From the NCBI RefSeq assembly GCF_000150275.1, contig NW_002060947.1, forward strand, positions 2,097,740 through 2,161,739: DNA of 64,000 nucleotides, given 5' to 3'. The stretch comes from Trichoplax adhaerens. Its lineage: Eukaryota > Animalia > Placozoa. Numbering within the stretch: position 1 is the first letter of the stretch; every line of letters starts with the position of its first letter. Positions 15,757 through 29,800 of this stretch are shown piece after piece. The notes beneath the pieces are model-generated. The model had not been told where the DNA came from and did no database searches. It worked only from the letters and a program-made list of their open reading frames with translations. Both the position numbers and the translations under genes were made by a program.

Positions 15757-18700
15757 TTAAAAAAGAGTTTGTCGATTGTAAATTAAGTAACACAAGCAAC
15801 TCATAATCACAAAGAATAATGAAAAAATTATTACATTTAAACGGCTTCGAATACATTTGGCTTCGCTTTCCACCCGATCTAAAGTACCTTTTACATTTCC
15901 GACCTATACTCGTATGTTGAAAAATCATCCAATTATAAAAGATAACCAATAATCCCCTAGATGTTACTAATGGCGATAATAGTAGCTAATCTACGGTATT
16001 TTATTGGTAAAAATTATTTTCTTATAAATACCTGGGTCGTAAGATGAACAATTAAATTCTTCATTTCAACAATATCGTCTGATTCTGTCGCTAGAAAGCT
16101 ATCTTCCATACCTTTGGATAGAGTAAATCGACACAATAGTCTAAAAATAGTACAAAATTTAAAGTAATACCATAGTTAAACATGACTGTCAGTAATAAAT
16201 TTGTAAGCTACTGTAATTACTTGATCTATTTCATTTTTAATTTTAATAAATATCTCCGTGATACATAATGGTTAAGTATACGACCTATGTTCCATAATAT
16301 TACTAGGCAAGACCGATTTCCACCACGATGTTACATCACCTCCCATATTCTTACTAGATAAGGCAGTCGACAATATAAGAAATTTGTCTCTTATTACCAA
16401 ATGAGAGCGACCTATTATATTAATCAGTTGTTATCAGTCCGTAAATCATAGGCGTGGAATCGTTGGAATTTTGACAAATTATACATATTATCAATCGTAC
16501 GCGTATATTAGTCACATTTGCAATACCGGGTAAAAGAGTGATATTTATAGTAGCTGATGATTTAGGACGGATTAGCCCTACACTCGGTCTAACTTTATAG
16601 TTTCCTGGAGAAGTAGTTTTTATCTGTAATAAGTAATAATCAGTAAAATTATACTTCGTTAATTCGACAAGCAGTTAGCTTATTTACATCACCTTAAAAG
16701 CAACGGGCTGCGTTGATAGATTGGTTAAAGTTACGCATTCTTTAACTTCTTCTTTATTGGGAGTGGTCGCTCCCATGAAGATAATCTCATCTAAAGGACT
16801 TGAAAAACATAACAGTAATGAAAGACTACACTTGAAAATACTATTTATAAAATGGTAAGTTTCCTTACTTAATAGCTAATAAAATACCAACAGCTGATAC
16901 TGGTGAAGAAGGAAACCCTGGTGACTCAATTACTGGCCTAGATCTTTGCCGCAACGTATTTGGCTAAGGTAAAGTAAAAATGTTGTAATAATGCTTCAGT
17001 ATTATATTTTATAGCGTTTAACCTGGACAAAAAATTCATATAAGATATTTTAACCGGAATTATCTTCAATATTAGTAGATTTAAAAATTATTCTCAAGAT
17101 CATACCGATTCATTCACTACTTCAATTCCCGGCTGAAGATTCTCAATCGTTTTCTCTTGCTCCTCCTAACAAGAACTTTAATTAATTACGCAAATATGAT
17201 ATCAAAGTTATACAGATAACTATTAAATACCAGTGCAGTCTCCGAGTTCTGAGGCATAACTATTTCTTCAACATTGTCATTGAAATGGACCTATTGGCGT
17301 TTATGAAGTTAATTTCAATGCTTTCGCATTTACATAACCTTCAAGCAGTTACCCATTAATAAAATCTCTTACATGTCGCTTTCGCTTTTCTTCTTCATGA
17401 CTGCTCATGTCCTCTTCCACATTACCATTAGTTACCTCCACTGAGTCAGTGGTTGAGATGGCATCATCGTAAAGCCTCAATGATTAAACAATAACATTAT
17501 TAATGGGTATTAAATTTACTCGTATTAATGTATGTTAAATTTAAAGCATACTCTTCATCCTCTTCCACAAAATTACAATTTAAAATTGCCGAGGAATATT
17601 CATAACAATCCTTGTTTACAAACAAAGAAATAAAATCATGTAATGCAATATAATAAGTAATGTAATGGAATCCTATTTTTGATTGAAAAAATCAACTAAA
17701 TTGTAAACCTTTCCTCCTAAGTGACTAAGTAGTTGGTCTTCGTTTACGAAATTTTTTATTTCGTTCTTTTTTATAACTCTAAATAATTAATAGCTATAGC
17801 GTTAATCTATGACAATTATGGAGGTGACATATTTACTTTGCTTACTTGATTATCTCTAAAGCTTCCTTACTTAACCATGTCTTTATTATTTTCCATGCAG
17901 CTACAAAAGAAAATTTCGGGAAAACGTTGGTATAAATCATAATCACTTAGTAATTATGCGTTGAGTTTATCCATTGTCAGTGTAAGAAAGAACGAGATAA
18001 ATGTACTCTGCGTTCACTTACCATTTAATGTCCATGGCAATTCCAAAATTACTAAAACTCCTAAAGGACGCAAACAAAATTAAATAATAATTAAGCAAGC
18101 TAGTGCATACCTAAATACGATATGAAATAGTAACAGCTAACTATGACTTGTGTAAATTGAATGCTACGAAAAATCAAGCAATCCATGGTACTATAAAAAA
18201 TAATACAAAGGTGCTGCTATTTGTTTACGATTGCCACATGAAAACTACATTAGATTGCTAAAAGAAAACTGTCAAATAACTATAGTATAAACCTTCTAAA
18301 TTAAATATTTGCATAGATTTCTCCATATTTAAAGAAATTAATACATTACCTAATAACCCAGGATAATAATTTTCAAAGCAACTGATAACGAATTTTACAA
18401 ACTGCATATCCTAGATTTAAATAGACAGCATTATCGACTTATTATTCTCGTCATATAATAACAGATTTAATTAGAATTATTGCAATCATCGAAACCTAAA
18501 TTAACTTGCATATAGTATTAGCCTAGTAACATTAAATTACCAAATTAGTTAGGCCAGATCCAGTCATATCGAATAAGCACATTATTTTTTTCTTGTATTG
18601 AAATTGGCGATACTTGATATAAAAAAAATAAAGTCGAAAGTTATATAGATATTTACTGGTATTATCAACTAGCACCATCTCAGCTATCGATAGTCCTGTC

Positions 18701-21700
18701 AAACAACATTATGACTAAAGAACTTCAGCTATATCAAATATTTAACGAACCAGCTTTTCCATTAAATACACAAATAATTGCTTGCCACCCGCATGAGCCA
18801 CCGTGTCCTTCTGGTGCTTCCTTCCGCTAAATACTAATATCGGCCTCCCGTTTTTATCATGATTGCGCACGAATAATACACCAGCTTGAATTACGCCGGT
18901 ATTAATGGACTCGGTAGTAATATCTATTGGAAAATGATATTTTTAAGACAGATAGACAGGCTATCAAAATTTTTCTACTAAAATCATAATATCTGCATTG
19001 AAAATAATTCTAAACTACACATACAAGGGATACATAGACGAAAATAGAATCATGTGAATATAGCTATATAAAAATAATTATACTCCTGACAATTTAGAAA
19101 TATTAAAATCTTTAATCGACTGAAAATATGTGAAATAAACCTCGGGCCTCAGCTACCAGATAAATGTATAACAAATTTTACTAACCGTTAACTTTAAATT
19201 CCAATCTCCATTTTAAGCAGCTTCGCTATTGATCAGATTCAGAGTAAAGAATTAAAATGTTATTTATTATTATGAAAAATCCTGCTTTAAATCTAGCAAT
19301 TCTTCAATACTACATATATAAAAAGTTTACTATTAAAATATATGTAAAATTTCTCTATCAATAGCAGCTAACCGTACGGCCTATTCGATACTTACTAATA
19401 ATTCTAGCGATTTTTGTTTATCACCACGTTTAATTTCAACAAAGTTTGCAATAAACTTGTCGCTACAAACGTGAATAAAGTCCCTTTGATCGTATAATCC
19501 ATTTGTTACTTCAGCTATAGAGTTAGTCAGTGAAAGATGAAATTCAGAGTTTAGCTACTGAAACAAAGCATCACCACAAAATAGAATGGACAGAATTTAC
19601 ATATATATCATAAAGTACTGAAGTAAATATTTTGAAATATTGCTTGTATGTCGTAGGTGTTTTAATTCCGACATTGCTCAATTTTAGTGAGGCTATACTT
19701 TACTAAAGATTTGCAAGTTTAACACAAATACCTATCTTTATCATAAAAATCTACTATTCACCGCAATGTAAGGTTAACATGAGCTGAAGATCTACAAACT
19801 CGATATCACAAGTTTACTTCTAGTACTCATGGAAATATTATATCAATACCATAGTGCATGTTCTATGTTATCATTCAATAATGTCTGCAGCGTAAAGCAA
19901 CATTAGCTATAAAAATCTTCACTTCATGTATGTGATTGCAGTAGAATATCTGAGATAGTAAATAACGTAGCATGAACCATAATGTTGAAAATATACAACT
20001 TTATAGTAATTTCGATGGTTAATTGGCCAATATATCGATAATACTGTACTGTATATACTCGTATATATACAATAAATGAAACAGGAGAAAGATTGTACCT
20101 TAGTTAGCCTGGATTAATAATATATATAATTACCCAAATAGTAGTTTGTTATATACTCATATTTAAAGATGGAGTAAGGTTTAAGTTTATAGCGATATTA
20201 TTTGGTGTTACAAGATGTATGCGATACATCTTGTAATACCTATCTGATATACACATTATTCATGAGTATATGGTATTTCAATCAAACTTAGTTACTTTAA
20301 TTTATACATGGGTAACATATTGTTTGCTCACTTGTTAAGTGATCTAGAATAGAAATAATTTCTTCATAAAAAATTAGCTACAGCAGTACTTTACAGTATA
20401 TTTGACACCAATTTTTCATGCTGGAGTGAATTCATACTTACACCATATTATCATAGTACGGATAGCTTTTTAATTATTTTTGTACTTGCTGTTACTACAC
20501 TATTTCGTTTAGTCGAAAGTACTGTCGAAGTTCTTCATAGGTATACTGGTATATCATAATACAACCGTTAAAAATCAACGTATATATATACAACGTTATG
20601 CAGTAATTGTCATGAAACTATAAATTGTATGTAATCTACTAGGGACTACAGCGTTGGACTCTCTACTGTTAATCATCAATCATTCCATTCTATACAGCAC
20701 GAATTGAGTGATATACGGTATTGGTAGTAGTACTGTAATGTGCAACAGATTAATGGTATTTTTAGTAATGTATCGCTAGTCAATAAACATTGAATACTGT
20801 TATTATTAGCCCATTTGGTTGCTAAAATACTGCATCATCGTGAGCTTATAGCAGATCAGTATCTGTGGGTAATACTGTCTTCCAATAGTATTGCATACTA
20901 GCGAGGCTTAATCGTTTGGACAGCTATGAGGTTTAGTAATGATACGTATATCACATTAGCAAGTACCAGGTAGAATAATACCGCCAAGGACAAAGCTTGT
21001 TATGGGATCGAGCACTTAATAATTAATAATTAACCGAAGGAATACACTGTCGTGCTTTACTATCTATTTCATCTCTTCTACCTATTTACCATTCGTATCC
21101 GTACCAGCAGCATACTCGTATTGCATTGCGATCCCATTAAAAGCAACTTTCTAAACTACTGTAGATCGTATCAAGCTAACTGCTCATACGCATATATTGC
21201 AGACACGAATTAGTAATGCGGACGACATATTGTTTATACTTTAGATCTAAGTATTCAATATAATAATGGTGATGAAAAGCGACAAGCAATAGCTAAAATT
21301 TTATGTACTGTATTTGAAATAGTGTAGAATATCGAGATTGTAAAGAGACTATCAAAAATGGTCTTGCAATAAGTAAATATTAAGTAAAAAAACTGAAAAC
21401 TTTCTATTAACAACTACAATATGGGCATATTGCTAGGCTTGAAAGTAAACATAGCAGATGAACAGTATCGTATCATAACTTGTATAATCAAACTATCGAT
21501 TGTTCATGCAGTACATCTGTGCTTCATGACATCTTGAGAGTTACATTGATATCAAAGGTGATGGTATAATGTGTAAATATTAACTAAAAGTAGTGAAAGT
21601 TTCCATCAACAAATTTCTAGTAAACTGACATGGTTGAAGTCGATGATGGACTAGAATAGCAACTGATAGAAAATATAATTTTGTAACAGTACTACAAAAG

Positions 21701-22709
21701 TCCATTTCAACGAGTTGGCGTTGACGATTACTTGAGAAGTGTTAGCCTAGTGTGAGCAATCCAAATGGTAATTACTGTACCTGAGGACTGATGCAGTAGT
21801 GTAAATACTAGGAAAACTACGATCGCGTATATTCTATGTCAAGTATTTACTATGATTACGAGTATCATTGCAATCTGCAATCCGTAGCTAATTCCCAAAT
21901 ATCCTTTTTCTTGATTTAATTAGTGGCATAGTACAACATTGATTGCTAACTATCCGAGTATGCAATCACCAAGACAAACAAACGATCGTTTTGAGTAAAA
22001 TCAACATTCGATCTACGTTTAACGCTATTCGATGATTAGGAGCATGAATGGATCAGTGCGTCTATAAGAAAATTATTATTCACGAATACGTGTGTTCGAA
22101 GTCTGCATTAGACGCTTTGAGTTAATTTATTATAGACGCTTACGCGTATATTGACGTTAAACAGAACCGACGATCGATTTAATAGCAATATCAATGAATT
22201 AAGAAGGCAATCAGTAAAATTCGTCAACACGACAGCATTAAGCAGGCAATCGCCGTAAAATATCATGCTACGATCTACTACAGTGTCCAAAAAATAGAGT
22301 AGTCGTCATTTTGCATATTAAAACTTCAATTAAGAACTAGCATGCATTGAAAGCCCAAATCTACGATTGCGTAGCGAAGCTAAAGCTTTGTCAATGGAGT
22401 TTTAAATTGATCATGTAGGCAATGGATGATTATCTTGTGATTGCAGTATACAGAATTTTAAAATCAGGGGCTATTACTACAAAACAGATTTCGTTTGTTG
22501 GCCATTCCTGATGAGATTTAACGTTGTAACTCGATGAAGATTAATACGTTATCATGATAATTCTGATACTCTCATGAGGATATCTCATTGCATTTTAAGA
22601 CACGTCTGACAAAGATTATTGCGATAACATTGTATTTATATGGAAAGTAGATGTTACCGTCAAATTCAGCTAAAATATTCTCCTTGACACTTTTGACAAC
22701 AGCATCCAT
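15757..22709 (-). CDS. MOSPD2: Motile sperm domain-containing protein 2 (CRAL-TRIO + MSP + C-terminal TM anchor)
   Basis: Exon 1, 22709-22658 (MDAVVKSVKENILAEFD), is phase-matched to EVTNGLYDQRD. Also LKWRLEFKVND, HDKNGRPILVF, LFDMTGSGLTNL and LPWTLN..AWKIIKTWL, then the MSP motif VAFK/IKTTSPGNYKVRP. The last exon ends RLNVIIFSLFFVIMSCLCYLIYNRQTLF* (TAA 15759-15757). Confidence 0.88.
20204..20240. repeat. Hairpin/inverted repeat in MOSPD2 intron 1
   Basis: TTACAAGATGTAT-gcg-ATACATCTTGTAA is a perfect 13-bp stem, extendable to 17 bp with one G.T pair. Confidence 0.8.
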
Positions 22710-23883
22710 TTAGCCTGCGCTACACGATTGGAAAGTTTGGGTTTGGATTTGAATTTGCTTTCAAACACTCAATTGTACAATAGATGACAGGATTGAACTG
22801 GATCATCAATTCCACTTGCGATTGATGATAGCGAACTGGATTATCGTCAACTGCTCAATTTGCTTTCTACGAGGTTGTAACAGCGCAATGATACTTGTAA
22901 CTACTTGATTTTATTAGCCAGGCCTTATTCAACGATGAAAGTGATGCTTGTTGTTATTTTATGATGTCATCATCATTTGAGATCCTTTATTATAGCAATG
23001 TCTAGAGTACACAGTAAGGATCAAGAGAACCTAGATCATTATTATTCAGGTTCACAAGGCAAGTTGAATTTGACCGGTGAGGACTTTCGATAGAAACCAT
23101 ACTCGGTACTATGGCGGATATGATGTTGTTTTGTACACACTACTGTAGAATCTTTGTTTAACTTTGCCTCTTGTTTACCCCCCCACAAGCGAGGCTAACT
23201 TTGCTATACGCATTGATGTATCCTCTGGTTAATAATTCTTCGTGTAGCGCTGTGATTCTGCCGGTAAAAGCCACTCCACAATATATATTGTACTGTGCTG
23301 TACTGACGAAATTTCAGACGATTCATTGAAGGAGATTTTATCAACATATGCATCCATCTACTGTATTCATATTCAATCCTATCTGAAATGAATCGTATTC
23401 TTAACCAGCTTGATCAATCATGATAGCTAGCTCTCGTTTTGGAAATAATCGAAATCAATCCTATCCCCTAGGCTCTGGTATTGCACTATTAACGGTATAG
23501 CATGAGACTGTACGAATTTACTTTGATCTCTATCAAAGCATGCAGTCTGACGACTACCGCCTACTGAGCTATAATTATTAGTAATTCCTGTTTGTCTTAA
23601 TACTCAAGGTGAAAATAGACGCAGCCATTTCCTTCATCGCACATACTGTAATACAGTTAACAATTGTATATCTAATTAACAAGAAGATGCTGTAGTCATC
23701 CACTAAATACCAATTAATATTGAGCTTTTGCGAACAGACACACAAAGAAAAATTGCCCCCCAATTTTTTAATATAGTAGATAGATACAGTAGATATGGTT
23801 AATATTCCAGTTAACCTCCATGTTTTTTGGACTGTGTCTTCTGGAGATGATCGTTCAGTAGAGTAAAAACCTTGGGGTCGATT

Positions 23884-24335
23884 ATTTTGCTGGTCATTTC
23901 GAGCGTATCGTATGTCCGCTACCGTACACTATACTGTCTATGATTTTAGTGCAAATTTTGTACATGCCTTTCACTGGTAGAGTACCGAATGACAAGTTTA
24001 CGGCATATAGTACTGTACATTACCGTCAGCCTACTGTATCATGCTGTACCTACCATATACACTCAACGTAGCGCCTATATTTTAAATGGTGAATTAGATA
24101 TGCTGCTCTACAGTGGTATACACTGTACTGGACTGCAATCTTGGAACTGTAATTGTCCACAGTGTACAGTACACTGAGTACAGTACTGTACTGTTGTCGA
24201 GTACTAGTTGTGTACTGTACACAGTTGAAATGACCAGCAAAATTGTCTGGCTGCCGGTTAAATGTTATCGCTATACTGTACTGTACTGTACAGTACAATG
24301 TGCAGTACAGTACAGTATAAGCCTACAGTACTAAA
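23884..24335. promoter_or_regulatory. Putative bidirectional promoter MOSPD2/ANAPC15, TACAG-rich with a 17-bp inverted repeat
   Basis: Lies between head-to-head genes. Dense TACAG/CTGTA runs. ATTTTGCTGGTCATTTC (23884-23900) and GAAATGACCAGCAAAAT (24227-24243) are exact reverse complements. Confidence 0.6.
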
Positions 24336-24464
24336 AAGACACAACTGACGACGTGACGGACTGACAGAAAATCAATATACTCTACTGTAATATATAGTAA
24401 GCACTGGAGCTGCAGCAAGCGCAATTCCATAATCAGTTCGAGTCGATATCATCGAAAGAGAGAA

Positions 24465-25708
24465 ATGGCTGGTGCTTTCCCTTCATTGCGCCCTAGTACT
24501 GTCGATGCCGCTTGGTATACTCTCAGTTTGAATTTATATGACTTAGAGACGATAGAAAGAGAAGAAAATAGGCTTATGGAGCAGGTAATACTGTATTCTT
24601 CAAATTATAAATGGATTTGCGTTCAGCAAGTCAAAGTGTTAATGCCGTTGTTAACAACAACACCATGATATCTTGTTAGTCATTCAAGGCGGAGATCTCT
24701 TCTGCTGTCGAAGTACTACAATCGCCATCGTAACACTGACTCGAGCTCAAATATCTGCGATAGAATAAATATTAGTTTCTAGTATCTTGTAATTATATTT
24801 TACTACCTATTGCTGAAACTTGTATAGCACTTTCAGCAACAGATAGTAAAATATACAGTACTTACAAGATGGCAGAGATTAATAAATAGCTTATTTATAT
24901 TATTACACAAACTATCATGCTAAAGCACTATCCTACAGTATCTTGTACAACGAGTCCCTAATCTTGACTCGAAAATAAACTGTAGTCTGTAGTAGTAGTC
25001 AAGGCGATGATGATACTACAAGCAATAGCAATATTTTTGCACAGTAACTCATGCTAACCTATAACTTAACTTGATTCATTGTACACCGCGGTAGCCATTT
25101 ATTCGTATTTGAAAGCTTTTAGTTATTATACGTATTGTAATAGATTCAGTTTAGTGTTTTGCTTGTGAAATTTCACCCGCCATAGATGCTTAGAATTATA
25201 TCTATCATACAGTAATGTCTAGTAAGCAGTAAACATATTGTTAATGTCAAGCAACGTCTTCTTATAACATAATAGATGCAAGATATTGGTGCTGATTCCC
25301 AGGCGATTATGACTCAAGCCGGAGATGAAGATGACGAAGGAGATGTCAGTATCGCATGTGCTTTCAATTTCGATGATATCTAAATTGTAATTATTGGTGT
25401 ACGCGTATACAGTAGTATTCAGACTTATCTACTGACAATGCGATTAATTATTCAGCCTAATCTATCCTTTCTTATCGACATTGACAGTGATAAATAAACT
25501 CAATACATTCATCATTAAATACCTTCAATTTGAATAGTTGTTCCATGTTACAATACGTGTATATAGAGAGCAGAAACGAATCATATCTTCTTTCTTGCAT
25601 TCTTTTCAATAGATATACGATGACGATGACGAGAGCGAACAAGATGATGCTCAAATGAACGATGGTTTTGATACCATGGATGATGATAATGATGATAATT
25701 TTGATTAG
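24465..25708 (+). CDS. ANAPC15: Anaphase-promoting complex subunit 15, ~4 exons
   Basis: The N-terminus MAGAFPSLRPSTVDAAWYTL resembles the APC15 FPSLxP...W motif. Short exons follow (SFKAEISSAVE; MQDIGADSQ...DEDDEGD), then a highly acidic tail ending DDNFD* (TAG 25706-25708). Confidence 0.75.
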
Positions 25709-26828
25709 GATCCATCAAAGTTAACGGACTACTGATCAAAATCTGAACATGAATGGATTATAGCAAAATTTCAAAGAATTTTATCATACATGCGTTAATG
25801 AAGCACTTTTCAACACTAACTGATTTTATAGTAAATGTCGTCTATCACCTGTCTATATATACACTCAGAAAATGTCATTCCTAGGTACTGTAATATACAA
25901 TAATACTATACCGGATGCATAAAATGACAATCTTTAATCTCACTATTATAAATTGATTGATGACGTATTGCCTTTGAAATAGAAAATTTATTATTGCAAT
26001 TTGCCAATCTTCATTATGAATAGATTTACGTATTAGAAGCGTAATTATTTAGAAAAAAATGAATGATTTACCCCAAAATATTATTACTATGACACGTAAC
26101 TTAATTCAATGTTGTTGTATTTATAATAATGTTCAATTATTACAAGCCGTCTTCATGGAATGACGCTTGACATTGGTCCTATCGACCAAAGCTAGAAAAA
26201 GTTTCATGTTCGAGAAACATTAAAGCATTAAAAATGTATTCGTCTTTGTAAATATCGATAACCTTGCGGTCTTTATTGTTCTTATTGCGTATACGACAAA
26301 GTATAAATCAAACTTTTGGATAAGAGTAAGTACTAAGGAAAAAACACAACAATAATCTTGGGCATTTTTCGCTACGCTACCCTTATTCTTTAATGCTGTT
26401 TGAAATAGCATAATCGATGGTCTAAAAAGACATTATCCAGGATACGTCATTGCTTTTAGTGTCAACTCATTATAACTACTACCTAAACTAATATATGGTT
26501 CTATCACTCTTTAATTTATCCGTTAATGACAATTTTGCAAGGTGCTACCGCTAACAAGATTGGTTAGGATTAGCCAACAAAACTTAAAATTGGCTGTCCT
26601 TTCAATATTGTGAACTTAAAAAAATTAAAGTCTGCTATCATGATTAAATTGACTCTAATGAAATGATTAATGCTGTCGTTGTATATTCACAGCTAAGGCT
26701 GACGTAAGTTAAATACGTCATTTAAACAACTAGAATGGACGAGTGTTTTATAATCTACGTAAATAGCGAAAGATATTGATCACTATTCATGAACTAAATT
26801 CGTAAAATTAATATAAAAGTAAACATCA

Positions 26829-29800
26829 TCAGCAAAATTTTATACCATAAGACCACTCATAGGCGTTCCGAAACATTTTTAGCCATGGCGATACATCAAT
26901 AGATTGCTTCCAGTCATGCGGCACCCACGGCCATTGCCATAAATGTATGCAACGTTCAGGGTGAGGCATCATAGCTAAGTGGCGTCCATCACGAGAACAT
27001 AAACCTGCTATTCCACAAGGTGACCCATTCGGATTGAATGGATATTCTTCAGTAGGTCGACCAGTACTATCGACATAACGAATTGGTGCAAGATTCAATT
27101 CCAACATATTCTTTAATATCTGGTCTGATGAGAACTTAGCGTAACCTTCAGCATGGGCAACCCAAATACCAAGTTGTGAGTTAGCCATTCCTTGCAGCAT
27201 AATAGCAGGGCTATCCAAGATTTTAACGGTTGGAAAACGTGATTCAAATCGATTGGAGATATTTTCGGTGAAAGTTATACAACTAGCACTACCCATATTA
27301 AAATAATCGTCAGCCATAATTTCATCCATCGTATGAATATTTCCTATCCAGCCAAGGTGTGCCATCAGCTGACATCCATTGCAAACCCCTAAAGTAAACG
27401 TATCGAATCGATTTCTAAATTTGATCAACTTTCTACGTACGTTATCGTTCCAACCGATTGCAGCTGACCATCCTCGCGCTGAACCTAAAACATCAGCATA
27501 GCTAAACCCACCAACAAATACAATTCCACAAAAGCAATCTAAAGACATGGAACTTTCTTGCAAGTCACTAGTTATGATATCCCATACTTCAAACCCAACT
27601 AAATGTAACGCGGCTGCCATTTCTCTATCCCCATTGCTCCCCTCTTCTCGAACAACAGCAACGCGAAGCGAGTTAGTAGTCAATGGCCAAGCAATAGAAT
27701 CATCAAGAGGTATTGGCTTAAAGGACAAGGAATAATTTGCATTTAAGCTGTGTAATAAATGCAATCTCTCAGATTGAACACACTGTGGATTAGCTTGTAA
27801 TCGATCTAGCTCAAAACTTGTTTCTTCCCACATATCTCGTAACTTGGTCATGTCCATTGACAGTATAGAAGTTCCATCATTAAATATTTGAATCATTTTT
27901 TCTTTTATAGAGGATCCAATGACAAAATATTGAATATTATTTGATTTTAAATTGTCTATGACTTTAGCAACTTTACTTCCAGTCACTTCTACTACAATTC
28001 CTAACTCTTCGGCAAATAATATCTCAATAATGCTTTGTTTACTATAGTTTAGCAATGATCCGATATCCACTTTTATGCCACAGTTACCGGCAAATGCCAT
28101 TTCTAATAATGTAGTAGCCAGTCCTCCATCGCTTACATCATGACCTGAAGAGCAAAGATTGTTTTTAAATAAAACTTGCAATTGATTCAAAGTTCTCTTA
28201 AAGTGATCCACATTCTCCAAGTCTGGAACTACATCTCCTATCTGCTGGAAAACTTGTGCTACCGCACTACCACCTAAGCGAAATTTTCCTTCACTGACAT
28301 GAAGATAAATTATTTTATTCGTGTTATCATCATACTCTTTTAAATCGGGTGTTACTGTAGCCGTGATATCAGGGCAGCTACAGTAAGCTGAAATAACTAA
28401 AGTTCCAGGTGATTTGACAACGCACCCATCTACATCAGCTGCCATACTTAAAGAGTCTTTACCACCATCGATTGCTATCCCGATTAATTTCATAACTTGA
28501 CACATTGCATGACAAGCTTGATATAATCGAGCCCCTTCTCCTGGCATCTTAGCTGGCCACATCCAGTTAGCACTACATTTGATGTCCTTTAGCGACGATA
28601 ACTGTGCAAAAACTATATTGGTCAATGCTTCACCAACCGTTAGACGAGCTCCTGCGGCTGGGTTAATAAACATTTTGAATGGCTGTTCACCGAGAGCGAT
28701 TGCCGATCCCACAGTGTTGAAATGGGATAAAGCGACCACCCCTACATCAGCTAAAGGTGTATGTAGTGGTCCAACACATTGCTGTTGAGCAACTAAGCCG
28801 GTAACACTTCGATCCACCTATGACACAAATAGAGCAGAAAGCTTATTATAATTATATGCTGAAGTATGTACACCTAATAAATTCTACTCATAATGCTATA
28901 TAATCAATCGCCTTGTTAGTAAGAAATCTTTTGCTTGCAACGGATGGTAATCGGAGAACACGTTCGAGTACGCTAGTTATTAAGAGCTCCTTATTTAATA
29001 CCAAAGGAGTTAATTTCCCGTTGATTGTTTTTAATTCAAAGACCTATCAAGGCCAACAAATTCCCATGGATTAGTTTACATTTTTTTTATCGTTGCAAAT
29101 TCAATTTCATAGTAATTTAATATTCTATCTAAAAACTATAGTGATCAAATAAATAATTATTTATTTTTATGGAGCTATTATTGCGAACGCAGCTTATTAC
29201 TGATTAGTATAGATTGCTCTTCAAGTCATTTATCCAAGTTACTATCTTACTCTTGGATTATAAAATATGATACTGTATAAATCTCAGCCAATAGGGTACT
29301 AGCTGTAAGATTCATTACCTTTTGAGGGACAGAATCAAAGATATGACTTAATTTTAAGTGAACTGGATGATTCACTTGTTGATCTAGATTGCTATCAGGC
29401 TGCTGCATATCGTCCACTAATGTTATATAACCATTGCTAGTTACTTGTCCTACTATCGCCATAGGAAGTTTTTCTCGCTTACAAATTGCTTGAATAACAT
29501 CTGGTTCTTGCGTAAGTAGAGCATTACTTTCTTGATACTCTGCACACCATATCTCTAATGCTGATAGGGTTTGATCTCCCTTAATAAATTTATTTAAGTA
29601 GATCTTTGCACCCTGAGGGTTAACAATTTCTTTCAAAACGTTACCTGTGATGTTCGTTAAAGGATAAGGATTTGCTATGTTAGTTTAACGTATTACTAGA
29701 AGAGAATTACACTAGATACCAAGAGATAGAGGTAGATGAAGTAAGAAATTAGCGTTTGTACTCTTCTAGAATACACTTATAAGAATTAAACTATTTATCT

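Noticed and set aside
15638-15949. 103-aa ORF as the MOSPD2 C-terminus
   Set aside because: A different frame (VGNVKGTL...RQTLF*) is splice-compatible and gives the expected coiled-coil plus tail anchor.
18780-18850. Apparent frameshift in a MOSPD2 exon
   Set aside because: Re-reading gives an uninterrupted ILVFSGRKHQKD.
22508-22540. CTGATGAG...CTCGATGAA hammerhead-like string
   Set aside because: No GAAA after stem II and no flanking stems.
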